From a virus (taxonomy: Duplodnaviria; Heunggongvirae; Uroviricota; Caudoviricetes), in the IMG/VR virus record IMGVR_UViG_3300034122_001045: a stretch of DNA of 64,000 bases, one strand, 5' to 3'. Below the pieces are notes generated by a model, which saw nothing but the letters and a program-made list of their open reading frames with translations, was not told where the DNA came from and did no database searches. The position numbers and the translations under genes were made by a program. Positions 29,697-39,484 of the stretch are shown here, piece by piece. How positions within the stretch are numbered: the stretch's first letter is position 1; each line of letters opens with the position of its first letter.

Positions 29697-30455
29697 ATGA
29701 TTGTACTATTAGGATACGGCTTCGTTGGTAAAGCTCACTATAAAGCGTTTAGCCCTCATCACGAAATGTCTATCGTAGATCCGGCCTTCAGCAATATTCG
29801 TATCAAAGACATAGAAAACATTAGTGGTGCTATCGTCTGTGTTTCGACTCCATCATCTGAAGATGGAAGCTGTGATATGAGCATAATCTATAATGTAATT
29901 CAAGACATTCCAAAAGAAGCTCCAATTCTCATTAAGAGCACGATATCGATGGAGGGATGGGAAACTCTCGAAAGAAACTTTCCTGAACACTCCATCACAT
30001 TTAGTCCAGAATTTCTTCGAGCTGCAAGCGCAGACGACGACCTTAAGAACCTCACTCATGCGTTCTTGGCTGGCGGTAACGTTCAATACTGGTTAGATTT
30101 TTACACGACGGTGTATCCAGACATCAGCATAACTGTATGTAAGCCAAAGCACGCAATTGCCATCAAGTATTTTCGAAACTCGTTTCTTGCGGCAAAGTGT
30201 AGCTTCTTCAACGAGATCTACGATTTCTGTGAAACGCTCGGATTGGATTACGAGTCGGTTCGCTCTGGTGTCACGTTAGACTCTCGTATCGGTGAGAGCC
30301 ATACTTTTGTAAATGAGAACGATAGAGGCTGGGGCGGAGCGTGTTTTCCAAAGGATACCGCGGCGATTCTGCAGACGGCAAAGAACTCAGGCGTCGAGCT
30401 ACAGACGCTAGAAGCTGCCGTAAAATATAATGAGTCTGTTCGAAAAAAAGTTTAA
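29697..30455 (+). CDS. Nucleotide-sugar dehydrogenase (UDP-glucose/GDP-mannose dehydrogenase family), short form
   Basis: N-terminal Rossmann GYGFVGKA. Catalytic-Cys motif GGACFPKDTAAI. Only 252 aa, so no C-terminal UDP-binding domain. Confidence 0.55.
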   Translation: MIVLLGYGFVGKAHYKAFSPHHEMSIVDPAFSNIRIKDIENISGAIVCVSTPSSEDGSCDMSIIYNVIQDIPKEAPILIKSTISMEGWETLERNFPEHSITFSPEFLRAASADDDLKNLTHAFLAGGNVQYWLDFYTTVYPDISITVCKPKHAIAIKYFRNSFLAAKCSFFNEIYDFCETLGLDYESVRSGVTLDSRIGESHTFVNENDRGWGGACFPKDTAAILQTAKNSGVELQTLEAAVKYNESVRKKV

Positions 30456-30463
30456 GAAAGCCA

Positions 30464-30492
30464 TTGACATTTGCTTCTACATTGATTATATC
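30464..30492 (+). promoter_or_regulatory. Sigma70-like promoter
   Basis: TTGACA, then 17 nt, then TATATC, upstream of ORF 30519. Confidence 0.45.
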
Positions 30493-30789
30493 TATATTGT
30501 AAGCAATGGAGAACAACTATGGCTATCGCAATCGTGACCCCCGAAGAAGTTGAAGTCGACGTCTGCTACGGCAACTTTGACGGTTCCTATACCAAAACTA
30601 TGTATGTAGTTGACTTCTTTAGAACTGAAGTAGGTATGTTGCACGGCGATCTCGACACATCGATGTATATCAAGACTGAACACGATGCAAAGATGATGGC
30701 CCGACTTTATGAACTCGGCATGACCGGCCGTGGCGAATACAACGAGATTACCTTTAACAAGATTTTTGAAGATGCAGAGGTTGGCGAAG

Positions 30790-31314
30790 ATGCCTAAGGT
30801 TGAAGTTCTCGTAGGTCTGCCTGGTTCAGGTAAGTCGACTCGATTGTCGTTTGTTGACGATCCGGAGTTTGGTGGAGACGTCTTTGTGTATAGCACTGAT
30901 GCATATATCGAAGCTCGAGCCAAAGAAGCTGGTAAGTCTTACGACGACGTGTTCGGTGATCACATCAACGAAGCAACTAAGCATATGAATAATGTGCTTG
31001 CAATTGCTATCAGCGCAGGGATTGATGTGTACTGGGATCAGACTAATATGTCTTCGAAGAAGCGTAAGAGCATCTTGTCGAAGTTCCCTAAGAACTATCA
31101 CAAGGAATGTTGGTGCGTTCGTGTTCCTCAGACTGCTGAAGAGTGGGCTGAACTCGATCGTCGCCTTGATTCTCGTCCTGGGAAGACTATCCCTCATCAC
31201 ATCATTGAAGCTATGGCTGATTCCTATGTTGAACCTGAACTCGATGAAGGCTTCGATAAGATCACCATTGTCGACATCTTTTGCAATGTAATTATGGAGA
31301 AGAAAAATGCATGA
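30790..31314 (+). CDS. pnk: Polynucleotide 5'-kinase (T4 Pnk kinase domain only)
   Basis: VLVGLPGSGKST aligns with T4 Pnk LTIGCPGSGKST. WDQTNMSSKKR aligns with ISDTNLNPERR. Start taken at the internal Met, which has ATGCCTAA overlap with the upstream ORF. Confidence 0.7.
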   Translation: MPKVEVLVGLPGSGKSTRLSFVDDPEFGGDVFVYSTDAYIEARAKEAGKSYDDVFGDHINEATKHMNNVLAIAISAGIDVYWDQTNMSSKKRKSILSKFPKNYHKECWCVRVPQTAEEWAELDRRLDSRPGKTIPHHIIEAMADSYVEPELDEGFDKITIVDIFCNVIMEKKNA

Positions 31315-31616
31315 TATTGCGTACTTAGTTATTAATTGGAAATTGGAGGAATAGATGGCTTTTTATACTATGATTGGCTTCATTGTCGTTGCGGCTGTGA
31401 TTGGTGTTGGTGCGTATTGGGTGGTGTCAAATATCACGTTTAAACGCCAGCCTGAACGCTTCACGTATACCAAAGATGAAGATGGTAATGAATACGTCCG
31501 TGATAACACTGTAACAACGAAAGATAAACCTGATGTTTAAACCTGATCGCTATGACTTTAACACTAAAGCTGAGTATGAAGCAGCACTAAATCAATATAA
31601 TGAACGTAAAAGGAAA

Positions 31617-32489
31617 ATGAAAATGAATGCTATCGTTGGTGGAACTATCGCTACTGTCGTCGGTCTTACTGCACTGACTGTAATTGGCGGATCGTGGTAT
31701 ACTGTTGATGAAGGTTACCGTGGTGTAACTCTTCGTAACGGTGCCGTGGTTGGTACTGCAGAACCAGGTCTTGGATTTAAAATCCCTTTGATCGAAAAGG
31801 TGGTTGATATTTCTGTTCAATCACAGGCTCAGTTGTACGAGAACATCCTTGCTTACTCTCGTGATCAACAGACTGCGGGTCTAAACCTGTCTGTTAACTA
31901 TCGCTTCCCTGCAGATCAAGTTGAGACGATCTATCGTGAATATGGTGGCGAAGCTGGCGTGATCTCTCGCTTGCTTGATCGTCAGGTTCTTGAAGAAGTC
32001 AAGAACGTCTTTGGTAAGTTCAACGCAGCAACCGCTATTCAGGAACGTGAACGTCTTGCTGCAGAAGTTCAGATGGCAATCCAGAAAGCTGTAATTGGTC
32101 CTATCATCGTTGAGTCGGTTCAAATTGAGAACATCGACTTCTCTGATGCTTATGAACAATCGATTGAAGCTCGTATGCTTGCAGAAGTCGAAGTGCAAAA
32201 GGTTCGGCAGAACGCAGAACGTGAAAAGGTTCAGGCTGAGATCGTCGTGACTCAGGCACAGGCACAAGCCGACGCTCAACTAGCTCAAGCAGTTGCGGCC
32301 GCAGAAGCAACTCGTATTCAAGGTGAAGCAGAAGCAAGCGCGATTAAGGCGAAAGCAGAAGCTCTGAAGGATAACGCAGGTTTGATTGCTCTAGTTCAAG
32401 CTGAAAAGTGGAACGGTGCTCTTCCTACCACTATGATCCCAGACTCGACTGTTCCATTCATGGACGTTGTTGCTAAGCCAGCCCAGTAA
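31617..32489 (+). CDS. SPFH/Band-7 (prohibitin/HflKC-like) membrane protein
   Basis: N-terminal TM, a Band-7 core (YTVDEGYRGVTLRNG...) and a C-terminal Ala/Gln-rich coiled coil. The start could be as early as 31533. Confidence 0.75.
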   Translation: MKMNAIVGGTIATVVGLTALTVIGGSWYTVDEGYRGVTLRNGAVVGTAEPGLGFKIPLIEKVVDISVQSQAQLYENILAYSRDQQTAGLNLSVNYRFPADQVETIYREYGGEAGVISRLLDRQVLEEVKNVFGKFNAATAIQERERLAAEVQMAIQKAVIGPIIVESVQIENIDFSDAYEQSIEARMLAEVEVQKVRQNAEREKVQAEIVVTQAQAQADAQLAQAVAAAEATRIQGEAEASAIKAKAEALKDNAGLIALVQAEKWNGALPTTMIPDSTVPFMDVVAKPAQ

Positions 32490-32503
32490 GATAAAAATAT
32501 GAA

Positions 32504-32532
32504 GAAAAAGAGCGCTTCGGCGCTCTTTTTTG
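32504..32532. terminator. Rho-independent terminator (bidirectional; A-run/hairpin/T-run)
   Basis: AAAAAGAGCGC-ttcg-GCGCTCTTTTTT. Confidence 0.7.
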
Positions 32533-32592
32533 TTTACAATCTCATAAAACTAGTTTATACAGAACAAGTATGAACCAATTCGGAGAATCGTT

Positions 32593-33717
32593 ATGGAAGT
32601 TAAAACAAGCACTGAGAACCTGTATAAGGTAGATACAAAAGGTAAGACGCGAGTCTGGCGAGCAGAGACCGGCACTGATGGAACTCGATGGGGTCTACGG
32701 ACGATCTCAGGGCTTCAGGACGGAAAACAGATTACTTCTGAATGGACCTTCGTTGAACAAAAGAACGTCGGACGCTCAAACGAGACGTCTCTCGAAGCGC
32801 AAGCAAACGCTGAGATGGTATCTGAAATGCAGAAGAAAGAAGATACTGGCTATTTCTCTAACATCGATATGATCCATACCTTTGATAAGTTCAAGCCGAT
32901 GTTGGCTGAGAAGTATGAAGAGGTTCCGGTTAACTGGTCAAAGGGATACATCTATAGTCAACCGAAGCTCGATGGCATTCGTTGCATCGCTCGTAAGGAT
33001 GGTCTATGGACTCGCGCAGGAAAAGAAATCGTCGCTGTTCCTCACGTCTGGGAGTCGCTGCAGTCTTATTTTGAAAAGAATCCAAACTTAATTCTTGACG
33101 GCGAACTCTATAATCACGAGCTGAAGGATGACTTCAACACCATCACCTCGATGGTTCGTAAGACAAAACCGAAGCCCGAAGACATCATGAAATCGAAGGA
33201 ACTCGTGCAGTATCACGTCTATGACGTCTATGTGACTGATAGTCCGGATCTGCCGTTCCGTAAGCGTGAGCTGTTGCGCTACGAAGCTTCGAACGAATTC
33301 GTAAAGATGGTTCCGACCATGCAGGTCAACGATCCGCAGTCGATCGATACTCTGTATGAGGGTTATCTCGAACATGGATACGAAGGTCAGATGATCCGCA
33401 TCGATGGTCGTTACGAGAACAAGCGTACGAAAAACTTGCTGAAGCGTAAAGAGTTCTTGACCGACGAGTTCGAAGTCAAGGAAATGATGTCTGGTATTGG
33501 AAACTGGCAGGGATGCACTAAACATTTTGTTTTGAAACTGAATGATACTCGTGACTTCCAAGCTGGTGTTCGTGGTGACATGGACACTCTACGTGCTCTC
33601 TGGGATGCAGGCAAGAAACCCGATTGGGTTACTCTTCGCTACTTCACTCCGACTCCGGATGGCGTTCCTCGGTTTCCAGTCGTAATCGATTGGGGCTTTG
33701 GAAAAAGAGAAGATTAA
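32593..33717 (+). CDS. ATP-dependent DNA ligase (compact, T7-like size)
   Basis: KxDG adenylation motif SQPKLDGIRCIARKDG. 374 aa. Confidence 0.8.
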   Translation: MEVKTSTENLYKVDTKGKTRVWRAETGTDGTRWGLRTISGLQDGKQITSEWTFVEQKNVGRSNETSLEAQANAEMVSEMQKKEDTGYFSNIDMIHTFDKFKPMLAEKYEEVPVNWSKGYIYSQPKLDGIRCIARKDGLWTRAGKEIVAVPHVWESLQSYFEKNPNLILDGELYNHELKDDFNTITSMVRKTKPKPEDIMKSKELVQYHVYDVYVTDSPDLPFRKRELLRYEASNEFVKMVPTMQVNDPQSIDTLYEGYLEHGYEGQMIRIDGRYENKRTKNLLKRKEFLTDEFEVKEMMSGIGNWQGCTKHFVLKLNDTRDFQAGVRGDMDTLRALWDAGKKPDWVTLRYFTPTPDGVPRFPVVIDWGFGKRED

Positions 33718-33740
33718 ATGAAAAAGAGTGCACTTTCCTA

Positions 33741-33769
33741 TTTACATTCATTTAGAATCAGTATATTCT
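33741..33769 (+). promoter_or_regulatory. Early promoter, conserved cassette
   Basis: CACTTTCCTATTTACATTCATTTAGAATCAGTATATTCTAATAATGTAAGGAACGAAAGGAAC. Confidence 0.6.
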
Positions 33770-33798
33770 AATAATGTAAGGAACGAAAGGAACATCCG

Positions 33799-33984
33799 AT
33801 GTTTGTACTCACTCTTGCTGCTGACTACGAAGGTGAAACCCTTCTAGGCGTATACTCGTCTCGTGAACTCGCAGAAGCTGCTTCGCAACAGTATCTGGTT
33901 GATGCTGAACGTGATCTGCCATCTTATGAGCAGTTCGTTGTTCGTGAAGTCGCAGTTGATGCACCTGCAGAATATCGCTTCTAA
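33799..33984 (+). CDS. Small early protein, unknown function
   Basis: 61 aa, directly after the cassette. Confidence 0.55.
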   Translation: MFVLTLAADYEGETLLGVYSSRELAEAASQQYLVDAERDLPSYEQFVVREVAVDAPAEYRF

Positions 33985-33994
33985 GGAGAATCAG

Positions 33995-34156
33995 ATGTAC
34001 AAGGTCTACGCACACTACGAAGAGTTCGATCGTTACGGCGATCGACTCGAGTCTTACGACATGTTTAGAGCAGACACAAAAGAAGAGGTCGAAAAGATCG
34101 TTGAAGGTCTCGACAAAGAGTACTATGTTTTTATTGAAATCGCAAAGGTGATCTAA
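33995..34156 (+). CDS. small protein
   Basis: 53 aa, RBS GGAGAA. Confidence 0.35.
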   Translation: MYKVYAHYEEFDRYGDRLESYDMFRADTKEEVEKIVEGLDKEYYVFIEIAKVI

Positions 34157-34506
34157 GATGACTTGGAACCTGTTTCTTGATGACGAACGTAACCTCGAGG
34201 ATGCCACTTGGGCACCTTGGCAGGTTCGCGAGAAGTATCGTAACGAAGAGTGGGTGATCTGCCGCAATTTTTATGAAGTTGTTATAGCTGTTAGGACGAG
34301 AGGAATGCCATCATATATTTCATTTGATCACGATCTTGGTCAAGATGAACCCACCGGTCACGATGTCGCTAAACGTATTATGTATTGGGATATGAATGAT
34401 AAGCGCTACCCGCTTCCAGACAACTTTGACTTCTACGTCCACTCACAAAACCCTATCGGCAAAGCAAACATCGAAGGCTTGCTGAACAACTATCTGAGGA
34501 TTATAA

Positions 34507-34953
34507 ATGCTAATCGTATTTGACTTGGACGGAACACTCGCTAACATCGAGCATCGTTTGGACTATGTTCGTAGCAAGCCTAAGAACTGGGCTGCATTTG
34601 ATGCTGGCATTCCGAATGATAAAGTGAACCGATTTGTTGCGGAAGCCTTTCACTCTCTAAGTGCTGCTAGGAACACCATTGTCCTAGCGAGCGGTCGCAA
34701 CGAGCGCAGTCGTGAAGCCACAGTCGCATGGTTGACTAAGAACAACCTGCATACGTGGGACAAGCTCTACATGCGTCCCGCAGATGACTTCCGTGGTGAT
34801 GATATTGTAAAGCGTGAAATGCTGGATCAAATCATCTCTGACTTTGGTAAGAAGCCAGACATGGTGTTTGACGATCGTCCTCGCGTGGTTCGCATGTGGC
34901 GTGATGCTGGTATCTTTGTGTTTAACGTCTATCAAGGTGAGGAGGACTTCTAA
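34507..34953 (+). CDS. pnk: Polynucleotide 3'-phosphatase (T4 Pnk phosphatase domain only; HAD-like)
   Basis: VFDLDGTLA (DxDxT). ASGRNERS aligns with T4 VVSGRESG. DDRPRVVRMWRDAGIFVFNV aligns with T4 [20 protein letters not shown]. Confidence 0.75.
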   Translation: MLIVFDLDGTLANIEHRLDYVRSKPKNWAAFDAGIPNDKVNRFVAEAFHSLSAARNTIVLASGRNERSREATVAWLTKNNLHTWDKLYMRPADDFRGDDIVKREMLDQIISDFGKKPDMVFDDRPRVVRMWRDAGIFVFNVYQGEEDF

Positions 34954-35519
34954 TGGGTAAACATATCAAAACTCAACTGGACTACGATCTAATCGAAACT
35001 CTTGCACAGGAGTTGCATCGAGTGGATCCAGATAATGCTAAACTGAAACACTATCTGGCAATGGATAACTTTGAAGGTGGAGAGCTGCGTAAGGCAGTTA
35101 CAAAGGTGAGCAAATGATTGACACAGCAGGCGCATATATTCTTATTCTAATCAGCTCTTATAACGGAGCTGCTATTACAACACTGGAATTCCCTAATTAT
35201 GATTCTTGCAAATCTGCTATTACACAGCTTGAGCCGGTGCGCGCCTTGGAAGGATATTGTATTGCAAAGGAAGTAAAATGACTGACGAAGAACTGGTGAA
35301 GCGGCTGCGGAAGCGGCAAGAGTTTGAGTCTATTGACGGGTACAAGCGGATTGAGTGGAAAGATGAAGATGCTCTCGAAGCCGCCGACCGCATCGAAGAA
35401 CTAGAGGACAATCTGGCGAAGGCCGTCGGGGGTCTTAATGCAATCTATGTTTGGGGAGAAGACACGTATGCAAGAGATATGGCCCGCACCACGCTGGGCG
35501 AGATTGCGGGAAAGAAGAC

Positions 35520-35816
35520 ATGGTAAGTAACGAAGAACTAAAATCTCCAATTAATGCCTTCCAACAGTTAATGGCAATTACAGCAGAAGAATCGGGCGAA
35601 TTAACTCAAGTCTGCATGAAAATTATGCGTAAGTATGATAACATGGAAGATATGTCTAAAGACAAATATAGGTATCAACTAGTTGAAGAAGCAGGTGATG
35701 TGCTTTGTATGATTAAACTAATGGTAGAACACGGCGTCTTGACTAATGATGAATTAGATGATAGAGTAGATGTAAAGCGAAATAAACTTAAAACTTGGAG
35801 TAATTTAATTAAATGA
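35520..35816 (+). CDS. MazG-like nucleotide pyrophosphohydrolase (putative)
   Basis: EEAGDVLCMIKLM resembles the EExxD MazG helix. 98 aa. Confidence 0.4.
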   Translation: MVSNEELKSPINAFQQLMAITAEESGELTQVCMKIMRKYDNMEDMSKDKYRYQLVEEAGDVLCMIKLMVEHGVLTNDELDDRVDVKRNKLKTWSNLIK

Positions 35817-36150
35817 CCAAATATGTAATCGTAACTGCTATCTCGTCTTACCGTATGCGGTATTGTATTCCTGTAGATGAACTGCAGGAATTGAACGTTG
35901 AAGTTCCTGTCGAAGGACGTGAGATCGAATGGGCTGAAGACTGTGTTACCTGTGACGAGGTAGTAGAGTTTTCTCAGAAGCACGTTGGCGAGACTATCAT
36001 CGACTCGGAGATTCTCACCGAAGAACAGATGCTCGAGAAGTTCGACGCTGACAACGACTATCTTAAAGATTGGACTCGTGAGAAGAAGGTCGAATACGTT
36101 CGCAATTGGAAAAATATTTCCTAAAAAATCGTGGTCAGTGCACTTTCCTA

Positions 36151-36179
36151 TTTACATTCGTTTAGAATCAGTGTATTCT
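36151..36179 (+). promoter_or_regulatory. Early promoter, conserved cassette
   Basis: Near-identical to 33731-33790. Confidence 0.6.
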
Positions 36180-36209
36180 AATAATGTAAGGAACGAAAGG
36201 AAACTGACC

Positions 36210-36416
36210 ATGATGACCTTCAACGAACACAACGAAGCTACCAACTCCATCAAGCCGGTTATGATCCATAAGACTTTCAAAGGTTACATGGTCTTTACCC
36301 CCGAGGGTCGTCTGCTCGACAACTTCACCTCAGCCGGTCCTTTCGTGGACTTCGAAGCTGCTAAGCGTAACGCCGAAACGAATGTCGGTATGGCAATGAA
36401 CTGGAGTGACTTCTAA
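36210..36416 (+). CDS. Small early protein, unknown function
   Basis: 68 aa. C-ending codons. Confidence 0.55.
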   Translation: MMTFNEHNEATNSIKPVMIHKTFKGYMVFTPEGRLLDNFTSAGPFVDFEAAKRNAETNVGMAMNWSDF

Positions 36417-36918
36417 TGACCGCTGTAATGATCCCCGTCGTCTTTCTTATCGTACTCGTTGTGTACGGTGCAATCGAAGATCTTGTGCTAGGAAAAGCAG
36501 AATGACTTGTTCTTCGTGTAACAGTGACTGCAACCAGGGTCGTGCCTGCCCAAGCCGAAGTAGTATTGAAAGAGTAGGCTTCCTTCGGATTAAGTGGTCC
36601 GGTTTTCATTGGTATCGTGCCGAAGATTTTGAAGAAGTCACTGATGGTTACAGCTATGCAGATGGTGCCATCGTGTTGGGTTTGTTTGTCTATCGGTATC
36701 GTGTATGGCGCAAAGCAAAGATTAAAAATGACTGACGAAAAACAATACGAAGTGGCGAATGGTCTCTGGATTGGTTCTAAATTTGGAGACCTCCGCCGCG
36801 AACGAGAGAAGCTTATGAAGAAACTCGTTCAAGATAATGACGCTTCGGTAAAGCCACGAATTCGTGAACTCACTCTTGAGATGACAGAGTATCTATCGAG
36901 TCGAAAAAGGAACACCTA

Positions 36919-38061
36919 ATGCACTACGCCTTTCCTATCATACGCACCATCGAAGACGTCCTTCCTCACATCGAAGGTCGTCCTGAGTTCGTTGTGGCAG
37001 AACGTGAAGGGTATACCATCGTCAACTATGTGGTGGCGATGGCTGACACCTTTGATATGACTGGCCCCGATGACCTTGGTGGCGCGATCCGCCGTGAATG
37101 CCGTGGTCTTATCTTTGATGCTGATGGTAACCTGATGAGCCGCCCGTTTCACAAGTTCTTCAACGTGAACGAACGTGAAGAGACTCAAGCACATCGGTTG
37201 GATCTCAGTGTTTTGTTTGATCACGTGATCATGGAAAAGCTCGATGGTTCGATGATCCGTCCTATCTTGGTCGATGGTTACCTTCGTCTTGCTACCAAGA
37301 TGGGCGTGACTGAAGTGGCTATGCAGGCTGAGACCTGGCTTGCTGCTCAGGACCCTTCGTTGAACGAATGGCTTCGTCAGTGTGTACACGACTCGGTGAC
37401 TCCGATCTTTGAGTGGGTAAGCCCGTTCAACCAGATCGTGTTGGCATACGAAGAAGCAGACCTCGTGTATCTTGGTACTCGTGACAACGCAACCGGTGCG
37501 TATGTAATGGATAAGTCTTGTCCGTTCTCCACTGTTCCTCGTTATGGTAGTGTAGAAGGCAACCTTGCTGACTACATTAGCCGTCAGCGCGGTGCAGAAG
37601 GTCGTGAGGGTGACATCATTCGTTTTGCTGATGGCCATATGGTTAAGGTCAAGAATGATTGGTATGTGCGTATCCACAAGACTGTGGATCGTATCGTGTT
37701 CGACCGTAACATCGTTGCTCTTATCCTCAACGAGGAAATGGACGACGTGATGCCGATGCTACCTGTCATTCAGGCAAACCGTGTTCGTAACTTTGAGGTT
37801 CGTTTTGCAGAGCGGCTTCATGCTGTCGTAGAAATCTACGATCGCTACTGGAACACCGTGGTCGCAAGCGGTCTCGACCGCAAGCGTTACGCTTTGGAGT
37901 GGATGCCGTCCATCAAGGACAACGACTCATTCGCTCCTAACTATGTGTTTGGGCGTTTCGCTGGCCGTGACGGTCGCGAGATGATCCTTGATCATATCGA
38001 AAAGCAATTGTCGTCTAACGTCAAGTGGGATGAATGCGCAACTTGGATGGGAATGAAGTAA
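36919..38061 (+). CDS. rnlA: RNA ligase 1 (T4 RnlA-like)
   Basis: ECRGLIFDADGNLMSRPFHKFFNVNE aligns with T4 ECRGIMFEMDG..SRPMEKFFNLNE. KxDG motif MEKLDGSM. 380 aa. Confidence 0.85.
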   Translation: MHYAFPIIRTIEDVLPHIEGRPEFVVAEREGYTIVNYVVAMADTFDMTGPDDLGGAIRRECRGLIFDADGNLMSRPFHKFFNVNEREETQAHRLDLSVLFDHVIMEKLDGSMIRPILVDGYLRLATKMGVTEVAMQAETWLAAQDPSLNEWLRQCVHDSVTPIFEWVSPFNQIVLAYEEADLVYLGTRDNATGAYVMDKSCPFSTVPRYGSVEGNLADYISRQRGAEGREGDIIRFADGHMVKVKNDWYVRIHKTVDRIVFDRNIVALILNEEMDDVMPMLPVIQANRVRNFEVRFAERLHAVVEIYDRYWNTVVASGLDRKRYALEWMPSIKDNDSFAPNYVFGRFAGRDGREMILDHIEKQLSSNVKWDECATWMGMK

Positions 38062-39201
38062 ATGACTTATTGGGCTACACTATGGTACTCTGGTGCGGTC
38101 GTGATGCAGCTTGGCTATGAAGGTCAAACTGCCGACGAGTGTTTGTCACTCACGCGAACGATGACGTTAGACCTTGAGCAGAGTTATGCGGAACCGGAAA
38201 ATATCGATCCGCAAACTTTGTTCATGTTTCCGACGAATGAATTCGCCGTGAGCTGCGAGATGGAAGAGCTCGGCATCGATGAAAAATACGCTAAAGAGAA
38301 TTGAAAGATGGTCGAATTTGTAGATGTAGCAATTAGCGACCTTGTTTCAGTTACAAAGTTCCTTCGCAGCATCAATCCATCCTTTAAGGATAAGCTCGTT
38401 GTAGGTATTGAAAAACCACAAAGCATGGACCGAAGCGTGGTGTTTCATCTGTCTTCAAAAGAAGACGTAGAAGAAGACATCATCTTTATGCTATGTGCCG
38501 AATATATTCTTGAACATCCCTATTGGAAACAAAATAAATAGTTCTTTAATAGGATGGGAGTGATTGCATGTCTTTGGTACAGGAACTAGAAGATCTCATA
38601 AGAAGAACTGGCTCTCATCACGACAGAGAGATCCTGACGAGAGTTTTAGAACAACTAAGTAAATCTGCAAAAAGCTCTTCGTGAAATTTCACGAAGAGCG
38701 CAAGGTTGTAAGAAAGTAACTTTAGAATAAGAGGGCGATATGGCAACGAAGCAAGAATATGCAAAATGGTGTATGATGCTAATCGAGGGTGAGGATTTCA
38801 TGGTGGATGATATCTTTGAAGCAATGCACGATGATGGTTTTATTGACGAAGCTCAAGAATGGGTATATGATGAAGACGAAGATAACTGAAGCAGAGATGC
38901 TGAATGATATTCTTTGGTTGCTTACTATCGTAAAGCAAGTATCCGACTATCGGATTGATAATGAAAAACTAAAAGAGATACGAGAAAAATATGAATGAAT
39001 TTGTTGTTCTAGGCATTGTGTTATTGCTCGTAGCTACATTCATTCGTGGCGCGATCATCGTGTTTTCAAAAAATTTTTGGTTAGCGCTAGCGCTATTCTT
39101 TTTAATCCTTCCTCTCTTTGTACTATGGGCATTCGTCGAAGGATTTTTTAACTGGTCGGACTGATAAATAAGTTAGGTATTTCAATAGGATTGGAGCATA
39201 A

Positions 39202-39453
39202 ATGATTACAATATACGGTAAGGACAACTGCCACTGGTGCCAAGAAGCAAAAAAGATCGCCGAGCAATACGACTTAAAGTACGAATACAAGAATACCGGG
39301 TTTACAGATAACCGCGATGAAATGTTTGAACGTTATCCAGAAGTAAAGACGGTTCCGCAGATCTGGTGGGATGAGAGACACATCGGAGGATACTCGGAAT
39401 TCGTAAAAGAGATCGAAGATACACTAGGAAATTACGGCCAGTCAGCTTTTTGA
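39202..39453 (+). CDS. Glutaredoxin/NrdH-like redoxin
   Basis: ITIYGKDNCHWCQEAKK (CxxC). 83 aa. Confidence 0.7.
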   Translation: MITIYGKDNCHWCQEAKKIAEQYDLKYEYKNTGFTDNRDEMFERYPEVKTVPQIWWDERHIGGYSEFVKEIEDTLGNYGQSAF

Positions 39454-39455
39454 GT

Positions 39456-39484
39456 TGACATTCTGATAGAATCAGTATACTCTA
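39456..39484 (+). promoter_or_regulatory. Early promoter (variant cassette)
   Basis: TTGACATTCTGATAGAATCAGTATACTCT. Confidence 0.5.

Noticed and set aside
36916-37677. 253-aa minus-strand ORF antisense to rnlA
   Set aside because: rnlA on the plus strand aligns convincingly with T4 RNA ligase 1. The antisense ORF has no signals and no recognisable features.
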